Source: the human T2T-CHM13v2.0 reference genome, Homo sapiens. Taken from it: DNA of 64,000 nt. The position numbers were made by a program, and so were the translations under genes. The notes below the pieces were generated by a model, which was not told the DNA's origin, did not search any database, and worked only from the letters and a program-made list of their open reading frames with translations. Below are positions 29,871 to 44,294 of this stretch, piece after piece. The stretch's first letter is position 1. Each line of letters starts with the position of its first letter. The stretch is taken from assembly GCF_009914755.1 (NCBI RefSeq), contig NC_060942.1; one strand, 5' to 3'.

Positions 29871-32383
29871 CTAACTGTAGCCAACTTGATCACATGCAAA
29901 AATTTCTCTCATAAATTCATCCTACACAGACCTTTTATAAACGAGTCTTCTTATTTAACAGACCTTCCACAACATGCTTAGAATTTTAGTTTTGTCCTAT
30001 ACTTCCTCCTTCTTAAATAACTAACCATTTTACTTTAGGACAAAAATTTACCATATAATATTCTTTATCATACACAGTTATTCTCTGTCTAATATTCTTT
30101 ACCAATAATATATCTTTATACCTATAACTTTCTTCACATCCCTCTCCTACTTTCTATCTTGTTTCTATTGTATTTTCTTCCTAAGTGCATATTTTGAAAC
30201 AACCTTTAATAACTTCTTAATTTAGACAAAATTATTCCTTTTTCTCAATAAAGAACATATATTATGCTTTCCTTATCATTTTTATCATCAAAAACATTTT
30301 TGTACACTTTGTATACAGAATCATATATATTAATTAGAATTTTTAACTGGTAAGTAACACTAATTTCCAATGAAAACCAAGGAAGCAAGAAATGTTAGAC
30401 TGTCACGTATTTTATAGATATGAACCATTTTGTAATTTTAGAAACATGTTTCCCCAAAATATAGTTGTTATGTATATTAATAGAACGAAATATATTTAGT
30501 CTTTTTTATGAAATTCTAAAAGTCAAGAAGAAACATTTATGGGCAGCAACTTATGCTTCTGTGTTTTATCTTGTTTGGAAATGACTCAGATATTTAATGA
30601 GTATCATTTAATTTAACATAACATAACTTTTAAGGTTTTAAGTGACATGAAAAGTCCATTTATAAATGTTTATCCCATTTACATTTACCTAAGTTATTTG
30701 TTTTTAACAATTCTACCTAGATTACTTATGAAAACGGAGATATTAGACAAAGCTAATCATCATTTCGAGATATTTCTCTGTTAACCATCTTTATAGCCTG
30801 GGAATACCAGGTGTTCACCTAAGAAAAAACCTGGAAGTGAAATATATGGATATTTTTTCAAAAACTCAGGAGATACAGCTGTTTTTATGAAATGAGTAAT
30901 ATTTAATTGGTCTTATTTATCAAAGAATTACACAAAAATCGTCCTGTTTTTAGGCTGGGTTTATAGTTTTGTGACCTTTAAACATGTAGCAGAGACAAAT
31001 ATAGTCCTGCCTGACCAGTAAAATCAGGCAAAAACGTATGCTGACAATTCTGAAAACATTCTATTTTCGTCTTATCAACAAATTTATAACTAGCTCAAAG
31101 ATTTACCTAAGTCAAGTGAACTAAAAGTCATTTCGGTTAATTACTATATATTGTATATGAGTGCTCATTTAAGCTAATCGGAGTAGAATTCCTTAAGGGA
31201 TTTCTGGCTGACTACGCCAGATTTTGCCAAGTAAACACATGTGTAAACACACTCACACACACACATATAAGTAAAGATCTTTTAGCTTTAATTTTAGAAT
31301 TTTTGTCATGAGACAGTAAAACTTAATAATACAAATACATCATTTATAAAAGACAGTCAGATCTAAATTATATTTCTGACAAAGTGGGACTGTCCACATG
31401 GCTAAATTTTATTTTTCCTGATAAGTAGTCTAACAAAGGCTGTGGACCAAAATTTTGGATTTTTTATTAAAAAATACCTCTTTTATCCTTTTTTTCCAGC
31501 TCCAAGTGAGTTTAGGGTTAAATATTTAAATGTTTATATTTCAGCTATGACTAGCCGAATTATATACAAAAAACAAAATCTCCAACTGGCCTTGAATTAA
31601 GCTATCTTTTGTTTCTAGTCTGGTTTGCTTGACTAGTCAATGTAGGTGGAGAAACAGTCGCCATGTAGTCCCTATATGGCAGACAAAGCAATTTGTATGC
31701 CGGACAAAGATAGCTTATGTGATTGCTCTGAACTCAAGATTTTGACCCATTTGATCTAAGACAGCCCAACTTTTATAAACATGTATCTAGTTATTTTATT
31801 TTAGAGTATCAATCCTTCAATTAACTATTCACTCTAAGCAATTGTGAGTCAGGCAAACCTAAATTAACATTTCCAAAAGGTATCTAGTTTGTTGGTTACC
31901 ATACAGCTGTTGTAACTTGTAAAGCCGTTAATTTGAAAGCCCTTTAAGACATTAAAAAAGAATTTTGCCTGGAATGCCATAAGCAGTGAAATTATCTCAA
32001 CACCAGCAAAAAAGTCAGCAGATTCGAAGTAGGCAGAAAAAAATAGAGAGAGATAGAGAACTTAGAAGCTCTACATGTTGACTCTATAGTCGGTTGTAGT
32101 TTTAAAATTCAGTTCTAAGGGAAAAACAAGCTTGGGGAGCTTGAATGAGCCCCACGATGGTCACTGACTTAAAAACATGCACAAGGGAAGCCTTGTAGCC
32201 AGCTGGAGTCCTAGAAAGTTGGCATTCCTTAATGTTTGAGGAACCCATTTCATTTATTATTAATCTCTTGAGAGAAAAGAAAATCCTATCAAGGAGTTTG
32301 GATCAGTATCTTAGATGGCAGCAACCACCCTAGTGGCTTTTAATTAACCATCTCATGCCCACCATTTAAAATGTTTATTTTTG

Positions 32384-32515
32384 AGCCAAGCATGGTAGGC
32401 CACAACTATAGCCCCAGCAACTGGAAAGGCTGAGGCAGGAAGATCACTTGAGCCCAGGAGTCCAAGTCCAGCCTGGGTGACATAGCAAGACCATGTCTCA
32501 AAAATAAATAAATAT
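32384..32515 (+). mobile_element. FLAM
   Basis: Monomer; TSD aatgtttatttt. Confidence 0.88.
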
Positions 32516-33078
32516 ATACATAAGAAAGAATGTTTATTTTTGTTCTCAGAAGATGTTCAGAAACAAGCAAGGGAAAAAAAGAGTCAATTCGTTTCTGGAC
32601 ATGTGTAACCCAAACCAACAAAACCAAAATGAAACCAAAATCAGAGTGCTCACACAAATTTTAGCCCAGCTGTGCAGATGAAACCAAGTATTAAACTAGG
32701 TACACAGAACCAGAAGTGAAGTCACCCCGAAAGACACGCCTCACAGACAGAATGTAAATTCTGTAGAAAGCAGAGTACTTAAACCAGACAGACGTTGCCC
32801 TTATACCAGAAAGGACTCGCCAACGAACAAACAAAAACAAAAACAACCTTTTATAGTCCCAAGACGGACCCAAGGTTCTTTATGAAAGGAGGCCTTATAA
32901 TAAGATCGGATCCTGAATGAGGTCAAAAGGAACCCATCAAACAGAAGTAGTCCAAGAATCCAAGAGGAGATTCACCAGGACAGAAAGAGCAACTCACGAA
33001 AGTGGAGAGCACAAAGGGCTCAGCTGGTACCACATTCAATTCCAGGGCTGCTGATTCACCCTAGGTGAGCTCACTTCT

Positions 33079-33096
33079 GTCCTACTTCTGACACCA
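33079..33096 (-). other. Primer-binding site complementary to tRNA-Leu(CAA) 3' end
   Basis: Minus strand TGGTGTCAGAAGTAGGAC vs TGGTGTCAGAAGTGGGAT, 3 nt inside the 5' LTR. Confidence 0.8.
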
Positions 33097-33099
33097 TTA

Positions 33100-33550
33100 T
33101 GTCAACATAAATAACAAACAGAGAGAGAAGCTGGCTAAAAGAAAGTGGTGTTTATTTGGGAATAGGCATTGTGATGAGAATATGCATGTCTTGGGTAAAC
33201 TATGTGTGGATTCAGGGAGGTGAAGAAAGACAAATGTTTTTAAAGGGAAAATGAGGATTACATAATTGTTTTGAGATGATTTTCCTTGGCTATAAGGACC
33301 AATAACCAGGGTAGTGCCAGTCCAAGTTTGAACAGGCAGTTCCTGGGCAGATGTCCTCACAGAATAATTTTTTTTTTGGTAAGGTTGCGATGACCTTTGT
33401 GCAAGGTTGTGGGTTTTGCAGAGTCTTTTGTGATAGTTTTTGTTATCAGGACTTTTAGGCATGAAAATCCTTCCTCCGTGGCCTTCCCTGGCTCTATTTG
33501 CCAGGATTTTTAATACAAGTGACTCCATATTGATTCTGACAATTTTCACA
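33100..33550 (-). mobile_element. 5' LTR of the provirus
   Basis: Minus strand begins TGTGAAAATTGTCAGAATCAATATGGAGTCAC; AATAAA near the 3' end. Confidence 0.9.
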
Positions 33551-33669
33551 GTTTTCACAGCCCTTTTGGGATTAAATGCACTGATATTCATCGTGTCTAC
33601 CTCTTGTCCTGATCCTGAATGCTATATAATTGTTTGTCAAATCAAATACACACGTAAAATGGAAATAGA

Positions 33670-33775
33670 TAGATACCATTATTATCCTCATTTTACAATG
33701 GAAGAACTCAGGCACTGAGGCACAGAGAGGGTTAATAAGTTGCCCAAAAGGTCACACTAGTAAGAGACAGAAGCA
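33670..33775 (-). mobile_element. MIR (its other part at ~25900-25978, split by the ERV)
   Basis: 'ttattatcctcattttacaatggaagaactcaggcac...aagttgcccaaaaggtcacactagtaag'. Confidence 0.75.
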
Positions 33776-33837
33776 AGTAGCATAGTGCAATCTTATGCTA
33801 AGAAAGTGGAAGAAAAGAAAGAAAATAAGAAAGAACC

Positions 33838-34070
33838 TAGTTATTATAGTTAACAATATGGTGTTGTGCACTCAAAAACTTCTTGAGAGAGGTAGATCTC
33901 ATGCTAAGTATTCTCACCAAAAGAAATAGGAAGGAAGAAAGAAGAAAAGAATAAAGGAGAAAAGAAAGAAAAGCAAGAAGACACAAGAAATTTTGGAGGG
34001 GCTGGATATATCTATTACCTTATTTGTGGTGATGGTATCATGGGCCTATGTATTTAAAATGTAAGCACAA
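33838..34070 (+). mobile_element. L1M 3' end fragment
   Basis: 'tatagttaacaatatggtgttgtgcactcaaaaacttcttgagagaggtagatctc', 'tattaccttatttgtggtgatggtatcatggg'. Confidence 0.75.
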
Positions 34071-34361
34071 TTTAAAACAATATTTTCAAGCTATATAGTA
34101 GCCAGTCAAATCACTTATGTTAGAATTTAAGGGGAAAAGCAGAAAGCTTAATTAACATAATGTGATAATTACAAATTTGGGAAAAAAGTGAGTCAAATGA
34201 ATAGAGAAATATTGAAGGTGACTGTGGTTAACAGTCATGTTTCTTTTGGCAGATTTTTAGTTTCTTTAGTTATTTAAAATTATATGGAGTAATGTATATT
34301 CTAAAAGTTGCTTTTTGTTGAGTATGCATTATTTTAATGACAAAGAAAACAAACACTAAGG

Positions 34362-34367
34362 TTTTGT

Positions 34368-34399
<32 letters not shown>

Positions 34400-34681
34400 T
34401 TGAGAAGAAGTCTTGCTCTGTTACCCAGGCTGGAGTGCAGCGGCATAATTTCGGCTCACTGCAACCTCCGCCCCCAGGTTCAAGTGATTCTCCTGATTCA
34501 GCCTCCGAGTAGCTGGGATTACAGGCACCTGCCACCATGCCTGGCTAATTTTTGTATTTTTAGTAGAGACAGGGTTTTGCTATATTGGCCAGGCTGGTCT
34601 TGAACTCCTGACCTCAAGTGATCCACCACCTCAGGCTCCCAAAGTGCTGGGATTACAGGCATGAGCCACCGCGCCTGGGGC
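34362..34681 (-). mobile_element. Alu (AluS)
   Basis: TSD aacactaagg. Confidence 0.95.
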
Positions 34682-34964
34682 AACACTAAGGATTTAGTGT
34701 TTTAAAGAGAAGAAATTAAATCAGCCAGTGCGAGGGTGAGGACCTCATTTTTGTCTCTCGCTGCTGGCTAGCGGGGAGTATAGATGGAATGTGGAGAGGG
34801 CCTACTTGATCCAAGTACTCTGAACTTAACAGGGCACTGCAGAGCAGTCTTTTCTAAGTTTTGCAGAAATGTCTTCCACCTCCTTATACTTTTTCACATA
34901 AAGATGGCACTCCTATACATTTGGAGAAAACATTTTTTACATTGTTTGCCTGTCTGTAGCTCTT

Positions 34965-35110
34965 GGCCTATACAACATTCCCTGAGCATCAGAAGAGTTA
35001 CCAGAGAAAACTTAAAATACGCCAACATTTGGCCCCTGTCCCAAGACACTGATTTAATCTGATGGAGTGGGGGCCAGGCATCTGTATTCTGGGTGATTCT
35101 AACGGGCAGC
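34965..35110. mobile_element. MER5-type hAT-Charlie fragment
   Basis: 'gatttaatctgatggagtgggggccaggcatctgtattctgggtgattctaa'. Confidence 0.6.
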
Positions 35111-36090
35111 CAGGGCGCGGGACCCATGGGACTCTGCACCACCTGACCTTCCCGCTGGCTCAGGAGTTCCAGCCAATTCTATTTTTCCCCTGGAAATGTG
35201 GAAATTGGGGGATGATAGTTCCTTCTTGGAAATGTGGAGATGGGAGAGACTGAGCCAGTGGCTGGAGGGTGGGTAGCCACGACTGATTTGTATGAGTTGG
35301 CATCATAGGCAATAGCAGCTATGCGAGCAGAGCAGAGGCTCCTGGGCAAAGGCGGAGGGGCAGTGAGATGCTGCCAGGGAGTGAGCTCAGCTCAGACGCC
35401 CTCCAACCCCTTGGAACAACAGCATGCAGGAGCCGACCCTCCGCTCCTTGAAATGAGGCTAACTCTTTCAAATTCAGAAGTTAGGGCTTTCCTCCATTGA
35501 AAATAAGGGGGAGATTAAAAAGCAGGAAACAGCCCTGGAAGACCCCTCGAGAGGAATCGGCTCAGGTCTGTGCCTCATGACAGAGTCCTTAATCTGGGGT
35601 CTGAGCTTCTGGGTCTCTATGGTTGCTCGGGTAGAGTTCTATGGGCATTTGTACATACGTGCATTTTATAGAGGAGAAAGTCTATATGTTTTATTCTGAA
35701 AAGGGCCCATGAACCTTATAATTAAAAACAACTGCTCTATGAGAACAGAAAATTTTAAGAACGTCTCTCCTTCTAAACCTATGTAGGAATTTAAATGTTT
35801 TAGAAAACAAATACTGCGTTAATATTACAGAGAAAGGCAGAGAGAGAGATCATCAGTACGTTCAGTGCAAATTCTAAACGTATGTATATTTTGTGTGTAT
35901 GTGTGTATTTATTGGAACTGAGGCTGGTTTTACAATATATCTAGGAGAATAATTCCATATGTTGGAGGATAGTAACTCTCATATAATTTGATGGGAGTAG
36001 ATTGTGGTACAGCCATCATTTTGGGAAACTTCTTTTGTATTATCTACTAAAATTATAGCTAATAGAACTGCATGCACACGTGAATCAGCA

Positions 36091-36392
36091 TTTTTTTATT
36101 TTTATTTTTTGAGATGGAGTCTCACTCTGTCACCCAGGCTAGAGTACAATGGCGTGATCTTGGCTCACTGCAACCTCTGCCTCCTGGGTTCAAGTGATTC
36201 TCCTGTCTCAGCCTCCTAAGTTGCTGGGACTACAGGCGTGCACCACAGTGCCCAGCTAATTTTTGTATTTTTAGTAGAGATAGGGTTTCGCCATGTTGGT
36301 CAGGCTGGTCTCGAACTCCAGACTTCAGGTGATCCAACCGCCTTGGCATCCCAAAGTGCTGGGATTAGAGGCGTGAGCCACCATGCCCAGCC
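36091..36392 (-). mobile_element. Alu (AluSx-like)
   Basis: Antisense full dimer. Confidence 0.95.
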
Positions 36393-36444
36393 CCACAGTA
36401 GCATTTTTAAATTGACAAGTAATAGTTGTCTATATTTATTGGGG

Positions 36445-36850
36445 CAGCATTATTAATAGCCCCCAAATGCAAGCAATTGAACAGTGGAATGGATAAATTG
36501 TGGCAGTTGCAATGGAACTCTATACAGCAATGAAAAAGAATGAAATAGAGCTATATAAAACAATATGTGTGTATGAAACTCATAAACGTAATACTGAGCA
36601 AAAGAAACAAGACACAAAAGAAAAAAACTAAACTATTTTATTTCTGTAACGCTCAAGACAGGCAAACCTAACCTATGGCGCTGGAGGTCAGGAGAGTGGC
36701 CACTCTAGCAGAGGCACAAGGAGGCTTCTGGGGTGCTAGTGATGTTCTATTGCTTGGTGATACTTGGGTGTGTGCCCTTTGTGGTAATTCATCAAGTTGT
36801 ACACTTACAGCTTATATACTTTTAGTTCTCAATATTATGCACTTTAAAAA
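36445..36850 (+). mobile_element. L1ME-like 3' end
   Basis: 'tatacagcaatgaaaaagaatgaa', 'ggaggtcaggagagtggccact', 'ggcttctggggtgctagtgatgttctatt'. Confidence 0.8.
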
Positions 36851-37349
36851 TGTTATGCTTATTATCTGCAAACACATGCATACTGCATTACATTTAAATA
36901 ATGAAGGACTTATATGCACAATATATAAGGAATTGCCACAGATATAAAATGTAGAAAACTGGCAAAATAAGCAAAAAGGGGTTTCACAAAAGAGTGATGA
37001 GCAGTCAAGCGGGTCCCAAACCGCAGCAGTGGGAGCTGCCAGGCTGACTTGCTACCTTTCCATAGATTTGGCCTGTAAGACAACCATGATCCGTATGGAT
37101 GCAGACAACTTATTTCAAATTAGTTCCTTTTCCTCCCAATCCCACGGGGGCTCTGTGGAGGCAGGCGTCGGGGAGGCTGCACAGACAGGGGATCAGTGCA
37201 CAGCTGAGGACCCCTGAGCCTAGGAGACCACCAGTCTCAGAAGGGGCTGCTGGCGGCCTAGTGACTCTCCTCTCCAGAGACATTGTCATTGTCACCCTGG
37301 AGTGCAAGCAAGTCTCTAGGGATAATTTTTGCTGTCTCTTTTTAATTTA

Positions 37350-37670
<321 letters not shown>

Positions 37671-38504
37671 TATGAATTTTTGTCTTTTTTTCATATACTC
37701 AGACTAAATAAAGGCATTTTTACTGGTGCATTCCTCAACTGACTTTTCTTCTATGTGTTTGTAATCTGTAGTAGAAAAGATAACCCTGCTCACACTGTTC
37801 TTTCATTTCTGAGCTAAGGAAATTTGTAATGCTGCACATTTTCACTTGTTAATTAACTGTCTCATCTTTGGGTGGTTACATTTTAATCCAGGTGTTAGTG
37901 ATAAAGTTCCCAACTTTAATAAGGTTAAGAGAGTACACTTTCCCCCTTATAAATGATAAATATCTTACCAGGTCCTCCAGCTAATATTAGAGTGTGAAAT
38001 GTTTCCTTAAATTGATGGTTGACCAAACTTCATTTAGTTAGGAAAAGAATTGACTTATGAAATTTTTTAGTCCTTCATTTGCACAACTGCCATTTTCTTT
38101 TTATAAAATTTAAGCAGAAATTTACAAAAAGTATCTCAATTCTGGAGGCCACACGTCTAGTTTTCATCCCTCCTTGAAATTTTCACCTGGAGTTACATGC
38201 CCTTAAGTGGCACAGTCCGTGGGGCTTGACAGTGAATGCTTTACTTCTTCTTTAGGAATTTCCCAATGCTTAGAAGAGAGAACTCCTTAAAGTAAGACTT
38301 AACTTGTTTTTGTAAATAAATGAGAGATAGCAAGGTGCAGTGACAAGAAAATTGCACAGAGGCCAGGCAACTTGCAGTGAGGATTTTGAAATATTAAACC
38401 TATCGAAGGGGCACTTAATGATGAACAAAATCTTTTTATATTTTTTTCTATAATTGAATGAGAGTGTTTGTAAATCATTGAAAGGTGAGTTTACCTATGA
38501 GATT

Positions 38505-38815
38505 TGTTTCTCTCTCTCTCTCTTTTTTCCCTAGAGACAGGGTCTCACTCTATTACCCAGGCTGGAGTGCAGTGGCACAATTAGGGCTCACCGCAGCCTC
38601 CAACCCCTGGTCTCAAGCAATCCTCCTGCCTCAGCCTCCTGAGTAGCTGGGACCATACGCATGCCACCATGCCTGGCTATTTTTTTTATTTTTTGTAGTG
38701 ATGAGGTCTTGCTATGTCTTTGCCCAGGCTGGTCTTGAACTCCTGAGCTCACGTGATCCTCCCACCCTGACTTCCCAAAGCGCTGTGATTACAGGTGAGA
38801 ACTGTCGCATCCCGC
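38505..38815 (-). mobile_element. Alu (AluJ-like)
   Basis: Antisense dimer with AluJ features. Confidence 0.93.
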
Positions 38816-38981
38816 CATGTTCTGTATTAAGATATCTGACTTGAGACTTCTGCTCACCCTCTCCAGAGACTCACAGAGCCAAATCTTAGCAGGGTGAAAG
38901 GGACTCAGGAAGGGGGCAGGGAGTGAAGTAGGAGTTGGGGAGCGAAGGCCAATTTAGCTGCTACCTTCTCTCTGTCTAAAC

Positions 38982-39148
38982 CAGTGGTTCTCAAGGACAG
39001 TTCCTGGACCAGCATCTGAGATCTTGTTAGAAATGCGAGTTCTTCCTGGACCTGCTAAAGCAGAAACTCCGGCAATGGCCTCCTGCAATCTGGGTTTAGA
39101 CAAACCCTCGGGGTGATTCTGATGCATATGAAAGTCTGAGAACCATTG
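38982..39148. mobile_element. MER5A (hAT-Charlie MITE)
   Basis: Terminal inverted repeats cagtggttctca...tgagaaccattg; 'ttagaaatgc', 'ggtgattctgatgca'. Confidence 0.88.
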
Positions 39149-39696
39149 CCCCATATTTCCAACATCAAAATTATTTTTAAGTTCAGAAGACTCTATGAAT
39201 AGCTTCAGATGACAATTCAGAGCAGAAAAACAAAATATAATAGAGAATAATGCTGGATAAAGTATTTTCTTCCCAAAATATAAGAGAATTGATAAATAAG
39301 GAGAGGAGGTTACAGGAAGTGCACACATGTTTAACTCTAACTAGTGGTAAAATATTCTTTTCCATAATATGGTCAAACAATTTGAAAAACTATAGTTAAT
39401 CTGAAAGAGAAAGTACAACTTTTTAGTTAGAACTTTTCTCTTTGAAGTTTCCTTGTCTAAATTCTTTTGGGATCACTGGTGAAAATGTAGGAAACTACCA
39501 AAGAAGTATAAACACAGTGAAATTTATCTTCAGGATTTTCTTTCTTCCTGACATGAACATGATTAAAAACAGTAGTCAGAATTCCCAAAGGAGATGTTTC
39601 AATATGTTCCTTCTTACAGCACCTAATTAATCAATGGCTGACCTGATATATAGCAAATAATAGTAGCGTACTCATAGCTAAAAAAACACTGAGGAA

Positions 39697-40010
39697 GGGC
39701 TGGGGCAGTAGCTCACGCCTGTAATCCCAGCACTTTGGGAGGCTGAGGCAGGTGGCTCACCTGAGGTCGGGAGATCGAGACCAGCCTGGCCAACATGGTG
39801 AAACCCCGTTTCTACAAAAAATACAAAAATTAGCTGAGCGTGGTGGTGGGTGCCTTTAATCCCAGCTACTTGGGAGGCAGAGGCAGGAGAATCGTTTCAG
39901 CTTGGGAGGCGGAGGTAGCTGTGAGCCGAGATCACGCCACTGCACTCCCGCCTGGGCAACAGAGCGAGACTCCATCTCAACAAAAACCCCAAAAAACAAA
40001 AAAACAAAAA
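39697..40010 (+). mobile_element. Alu (AluS)
   Basis: TSD actgaggaag. Confidence 0.95.
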
Positions 40011-40015
40011 ACTGA

Positions 40016-40331
<316 letters not shown>

Positions 40332-40715
40332 TATTTTCTTTTGTTAACTTTGGGAAATAACAAATGCTAAACCAATGTATGGCTTAGTGTACTCTAGGTA
40401 GAAATGTAAGTGCTTTGAAATGAAAGTAAAACCGGTAGCTTCTCCCCATAGAGACTGGCCCCTGCCACAGTGAAGTCAAGGGTGCTCGTGAACTTTGCAG
40501 GCGCCCTGAAACCCTGGTTGACACTGTCTTATTGCAGACTCAAAGTGAGGGGCCACAAGTCCATGCAGAAGGTGACCTTTGATTGTGGCACCCAGTTCCT
40601 ATCTTGTCTTTCAGCATAACTTTGTGTTGAGTCAAAAATGCAGCCAACAAAAATGCAAATTCTATTGACAGAAAGTCCTAGAAATGTTGATAAAATTAAA
40701 ATTTAAAAACAAATA

Positions 40716-41000
40716 GGCCAGGCACAGTGGCCTGTAAACCCAGCACTTTGGGAGGCCAAAGTGGGAGGATTGCTTAAGGCCAGGAGTTTGAGACCAGCCT
40801 AGGCCACATAGGAAGATTGCATCTCTACAAAAAATATAAAAATTAGCTGGGTTTGGTGGTGTGCGCCTGTAGTCCTAGCTACTAAGGCGACTGAGGCAGG
40901 AGGATTGGCTGAATCCAGGAGTTTGAAGTTACAGGGAGCTGTGATCTACACTCCAGCCTGGACTACAGAGTAAGCCCCAGTCTCTTAAAAAAAAAAAAAA
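40716..41000 (+). mobile_element. Alu (AluJ-like)
   Basis: First of three head-to-tail Alus. Confidence 0.93.
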
Positions 41001-41301
<301 letters not shown>

Positions 41302-41307
41302 GGGTGG

Positions 41308-41600
41308 GGGGCAGCGCAGTGGCCCACTTATGTAATCCCAGCACTTTGGGAGGCCAAGGCAGGCAGATCACTTGAGGTCAGGAGTTCGAGACCAGCCTGA
41401 CCAACAATGGCGAAACCCCGTCTGTACTAAAAATACAAAAATTCGCTGGGCATGGTGGGGGGCACCTGTAATTCTAGGGAGGCTGAAGCATGATAATCGC
41501 TTGAACTTGGGAGGCAGAGGTTGCAGTGAGCCGAGATTGTGCCACTGCACTCCCGTCTGGGTGATAAAGTGAGGCTGTGTCTCAGAAAAACAAAACAAAA
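41308..41600 (+). mobile_element. Alu (AluS)
   Basis: Third of three. Confidence 0.94.
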
Positions 41601-42039
41601 CCAGAAGTAAAGAGGGGAAGAAAGTAGAGGGGACAGGAGGAAAGGAAAGAAATCTCCCTGAAGTGAATAAATCCACATATTCAAGCATTTGGATTACAGT
41701 TAATGGGGTGGTTTAGACCCTTGAGATCAAGGTGCAATTTTACGCATCTGCAATTTTTCTGCCACTTTTTCTGTAAGAAAGAAAATCTTTGACCAAATGG
41801 TTACACTTCTGAGGAGTGTGAAGAAGGAGAAGTGTGTCACTACTCCCTGGTGTCCTGGGCTCACAGCCCTGAGGTCCCACCTGCTCTGTGGGGCAGAGAC
41901 TGTGCTGGCTGTGCAGCCTCTCCATTCAGAAGAGCATCCTTGGCAGACTGTGCTATCCCACTAGACACGGTGGACCAGAACCCGCGACTTGATTTCCTAA
42001 ACTCCTGATGGGAGAAGAAAGAGGTGAAGAAGAAACTAA

Positions 42040-42128
42040 TTTTTTTTTTTTTTTTGAGACAGAGTCTCGCTCTGTCGCCCACGTTGGAGTGCAGTGGTGT
42101 GATCTCGGCTCACTGCAACCTCCGCCTG
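42040..42128 (-). mobile_element. Heavily 5'-truncated Alu (3' ~70 bp plus tail)
   Basis: poly(T) then 'gagacagagtctcgctctgtcgccc...caacctccgcct'. Confidence 0.92.
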
Positions 42129-42209
42129 GTGTCCACTGTCTGTCTTACAATGTGTCTGGTGTCTTACACATGGTCCTACATAAGACAGTAAGACAAAGGC
42201 CGACGGACA

Positions 42210-42660
42210 CACAGCTGTCATTGCTTCCCATCCACTCCCACCCTCTCCTCCACCAGTTGGGCTGGGGGCAGACACCTGACCCAGGCTGGGTCAGTTGGAT
42301 TTTCTCTCTCAGGAGCTTTGGAACACAGGTCCTGAGAAAAGGAGCTGATGTGCTACAGGCAACAGAGCTGCAGTGTCATATGTGGTCATAGCTTGAGCTA
42401 TTATTGCAGTAGACCAAAGCCATGTGCAGAGAAATTACAGAAGGCGAGAGAAGCCACGAGTGGGCCAGGCTACATCGCTTGGGGAGACAAGCAGACACAA
42501 GGAACTCCACAGTGCAGAGAAGACAGAGGTCTCTGATTTTCCAGCATGATGTGGCTGCACGCTGTTTCATTTCTCAGAGGCCTGAGGGAGTAACTGTTAT
42601 ATCCTTAGTAAAACCATCTTTTACTTAATGTTGACTCAAGTGGGCTTGTGTTCTAGGTGT
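42210..42660 (+). mobile_element. Old ERVL/MaLR-type LTR (LTR16/MLT1-like)
   Basis: 'gggggcagacacctgacccaggctgggtcagttgga', 3' 'aaaccatcttttacttaatg...gtgggcttgtgttct'. Confidence 0.45.
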
Positions 42661-42986
42661 AAAAAAGTGAAAAGTGTATGTCCCAAATCTAATCTAGGGA
42701 CAGAACCTAATTTTATGTGATGTAATCCCCAAACTTCTGGGAAGAAACTGACTTTTTTTAATTTAAATTTTTTTTTTCATTTTTCTTTTACCATGCAAGA
42801 CTTCATCACAAGAAATCAACATTTTTGATTTTGAAAAATTAAGGCAATTTAATATTAAACTTTAATGGGGTTAAGACTTGTTCTGGGAAACCTGTTTCTC
42901 ACTCACCCAGTCAAGCAAGACAAAGGTGACCTTTAATCAAACATCCTTTTCAGGTTGTATCTGGCCCCTTGATGACCATCTGATAA

Positions 42987-43361
<375 letters not shown>

Positions 43362-43487
43362 TAACAGGGGCCTTTTCCTTTGAATATAAGATTGTACTAA
43401 TCTCATATACAAATTGTCTGAAAGTTTTCTCAGGCAAGGACAATGAGGCAAGCTCTGAGGCAGCAGATGTCTCAATGTTCTCCTCAG

Positions 43488-43630
43488 CAGTGGTCTTACC
43501 TGGGAACTTGCTAGAAACGCAAATTCTCTGGTCACGATCGAACAACTGAATAGGAAACTCTGTAGGTGGGACCCCACAGTGTGAGATCCAGGTGATGCTG
43601 ACATGCATGACATTTAAGAACCTCTGTACT
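43488..43630. mobile_element. MER5-type fragment
   Basis: 'cagtggtcttacctgggaacttgctagaaacgcaaattctctgg...ccaggtgatgctga...ttaagaacctctg'. Confidence 0.7.
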
Positions 43631-43709
43631 CGGGACACTGAAGCTCACATAGTGCTTGTTGGATTCCTCTAAAGACTGAGCTTGGGTTGGGTTGTACAGG
43701 AGTGAAGGG

Positions 43710-44294
43710 TGTAACCAGAACAGGCTCCTTGCGCGATGCACACAGCACGTCAATCCGCTAAGACCACCAGGTTGCAGCAGAGAAAGAGGTTGAATCATAG
43801 GGTCACTGAACAAGGAGATGGGAGGGAACCTCAAATCCACCTCCCCAAGGAGTTTGGGGCCAGGGTTTTTAAGGGTTTGGAGTGGGCCAAGACATGGAGC
43901 TCGTTGGTGGGATAGTGCAGGGTGAAGTCGTCGGACAGGGAGAGGAAGTAGCTGTGTTTTCAGGCTGATCCCTTCCTCTGTGGGGTCTTCAAACTGGGTG
44001 CTGGAACTCAGGGTCTGAAAAACATCTTAAGTTAAACAAAGTCCTCATGCTTCTAATGTCAGCGATCATGTCTATAAGAACAATGGGGAGGCAAATTAAT
44101 TCTCACACAGTCTTCTGACCCTGTGTCAGAAATCTCAGAAACAATAGGGAGACCTATGGGTCAGGGTCTACGGCTTCATGACTTTCAGCAATAAGGCAGT
44201 GGGCCGGAGTGCAGCCTGCCTGATGCTGATTATAAGTATATTTCTGTCCAGAACCCAGCACGCAATTTTTGTTAATCCTGTGGGGACATATCCA
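43710..44294 (-). mobile_element. Solo ERV1 LTR (MER4 group, LOR1/LTR49-like)
   Basis: Plus strand starts tgtaacc; 'gagatgggagggaacctcaaatccacctcccc...ggtttttaaggg'; minus strand has TGTCCCCACAGGATTAACAA near its start. Confidence 0.78.
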
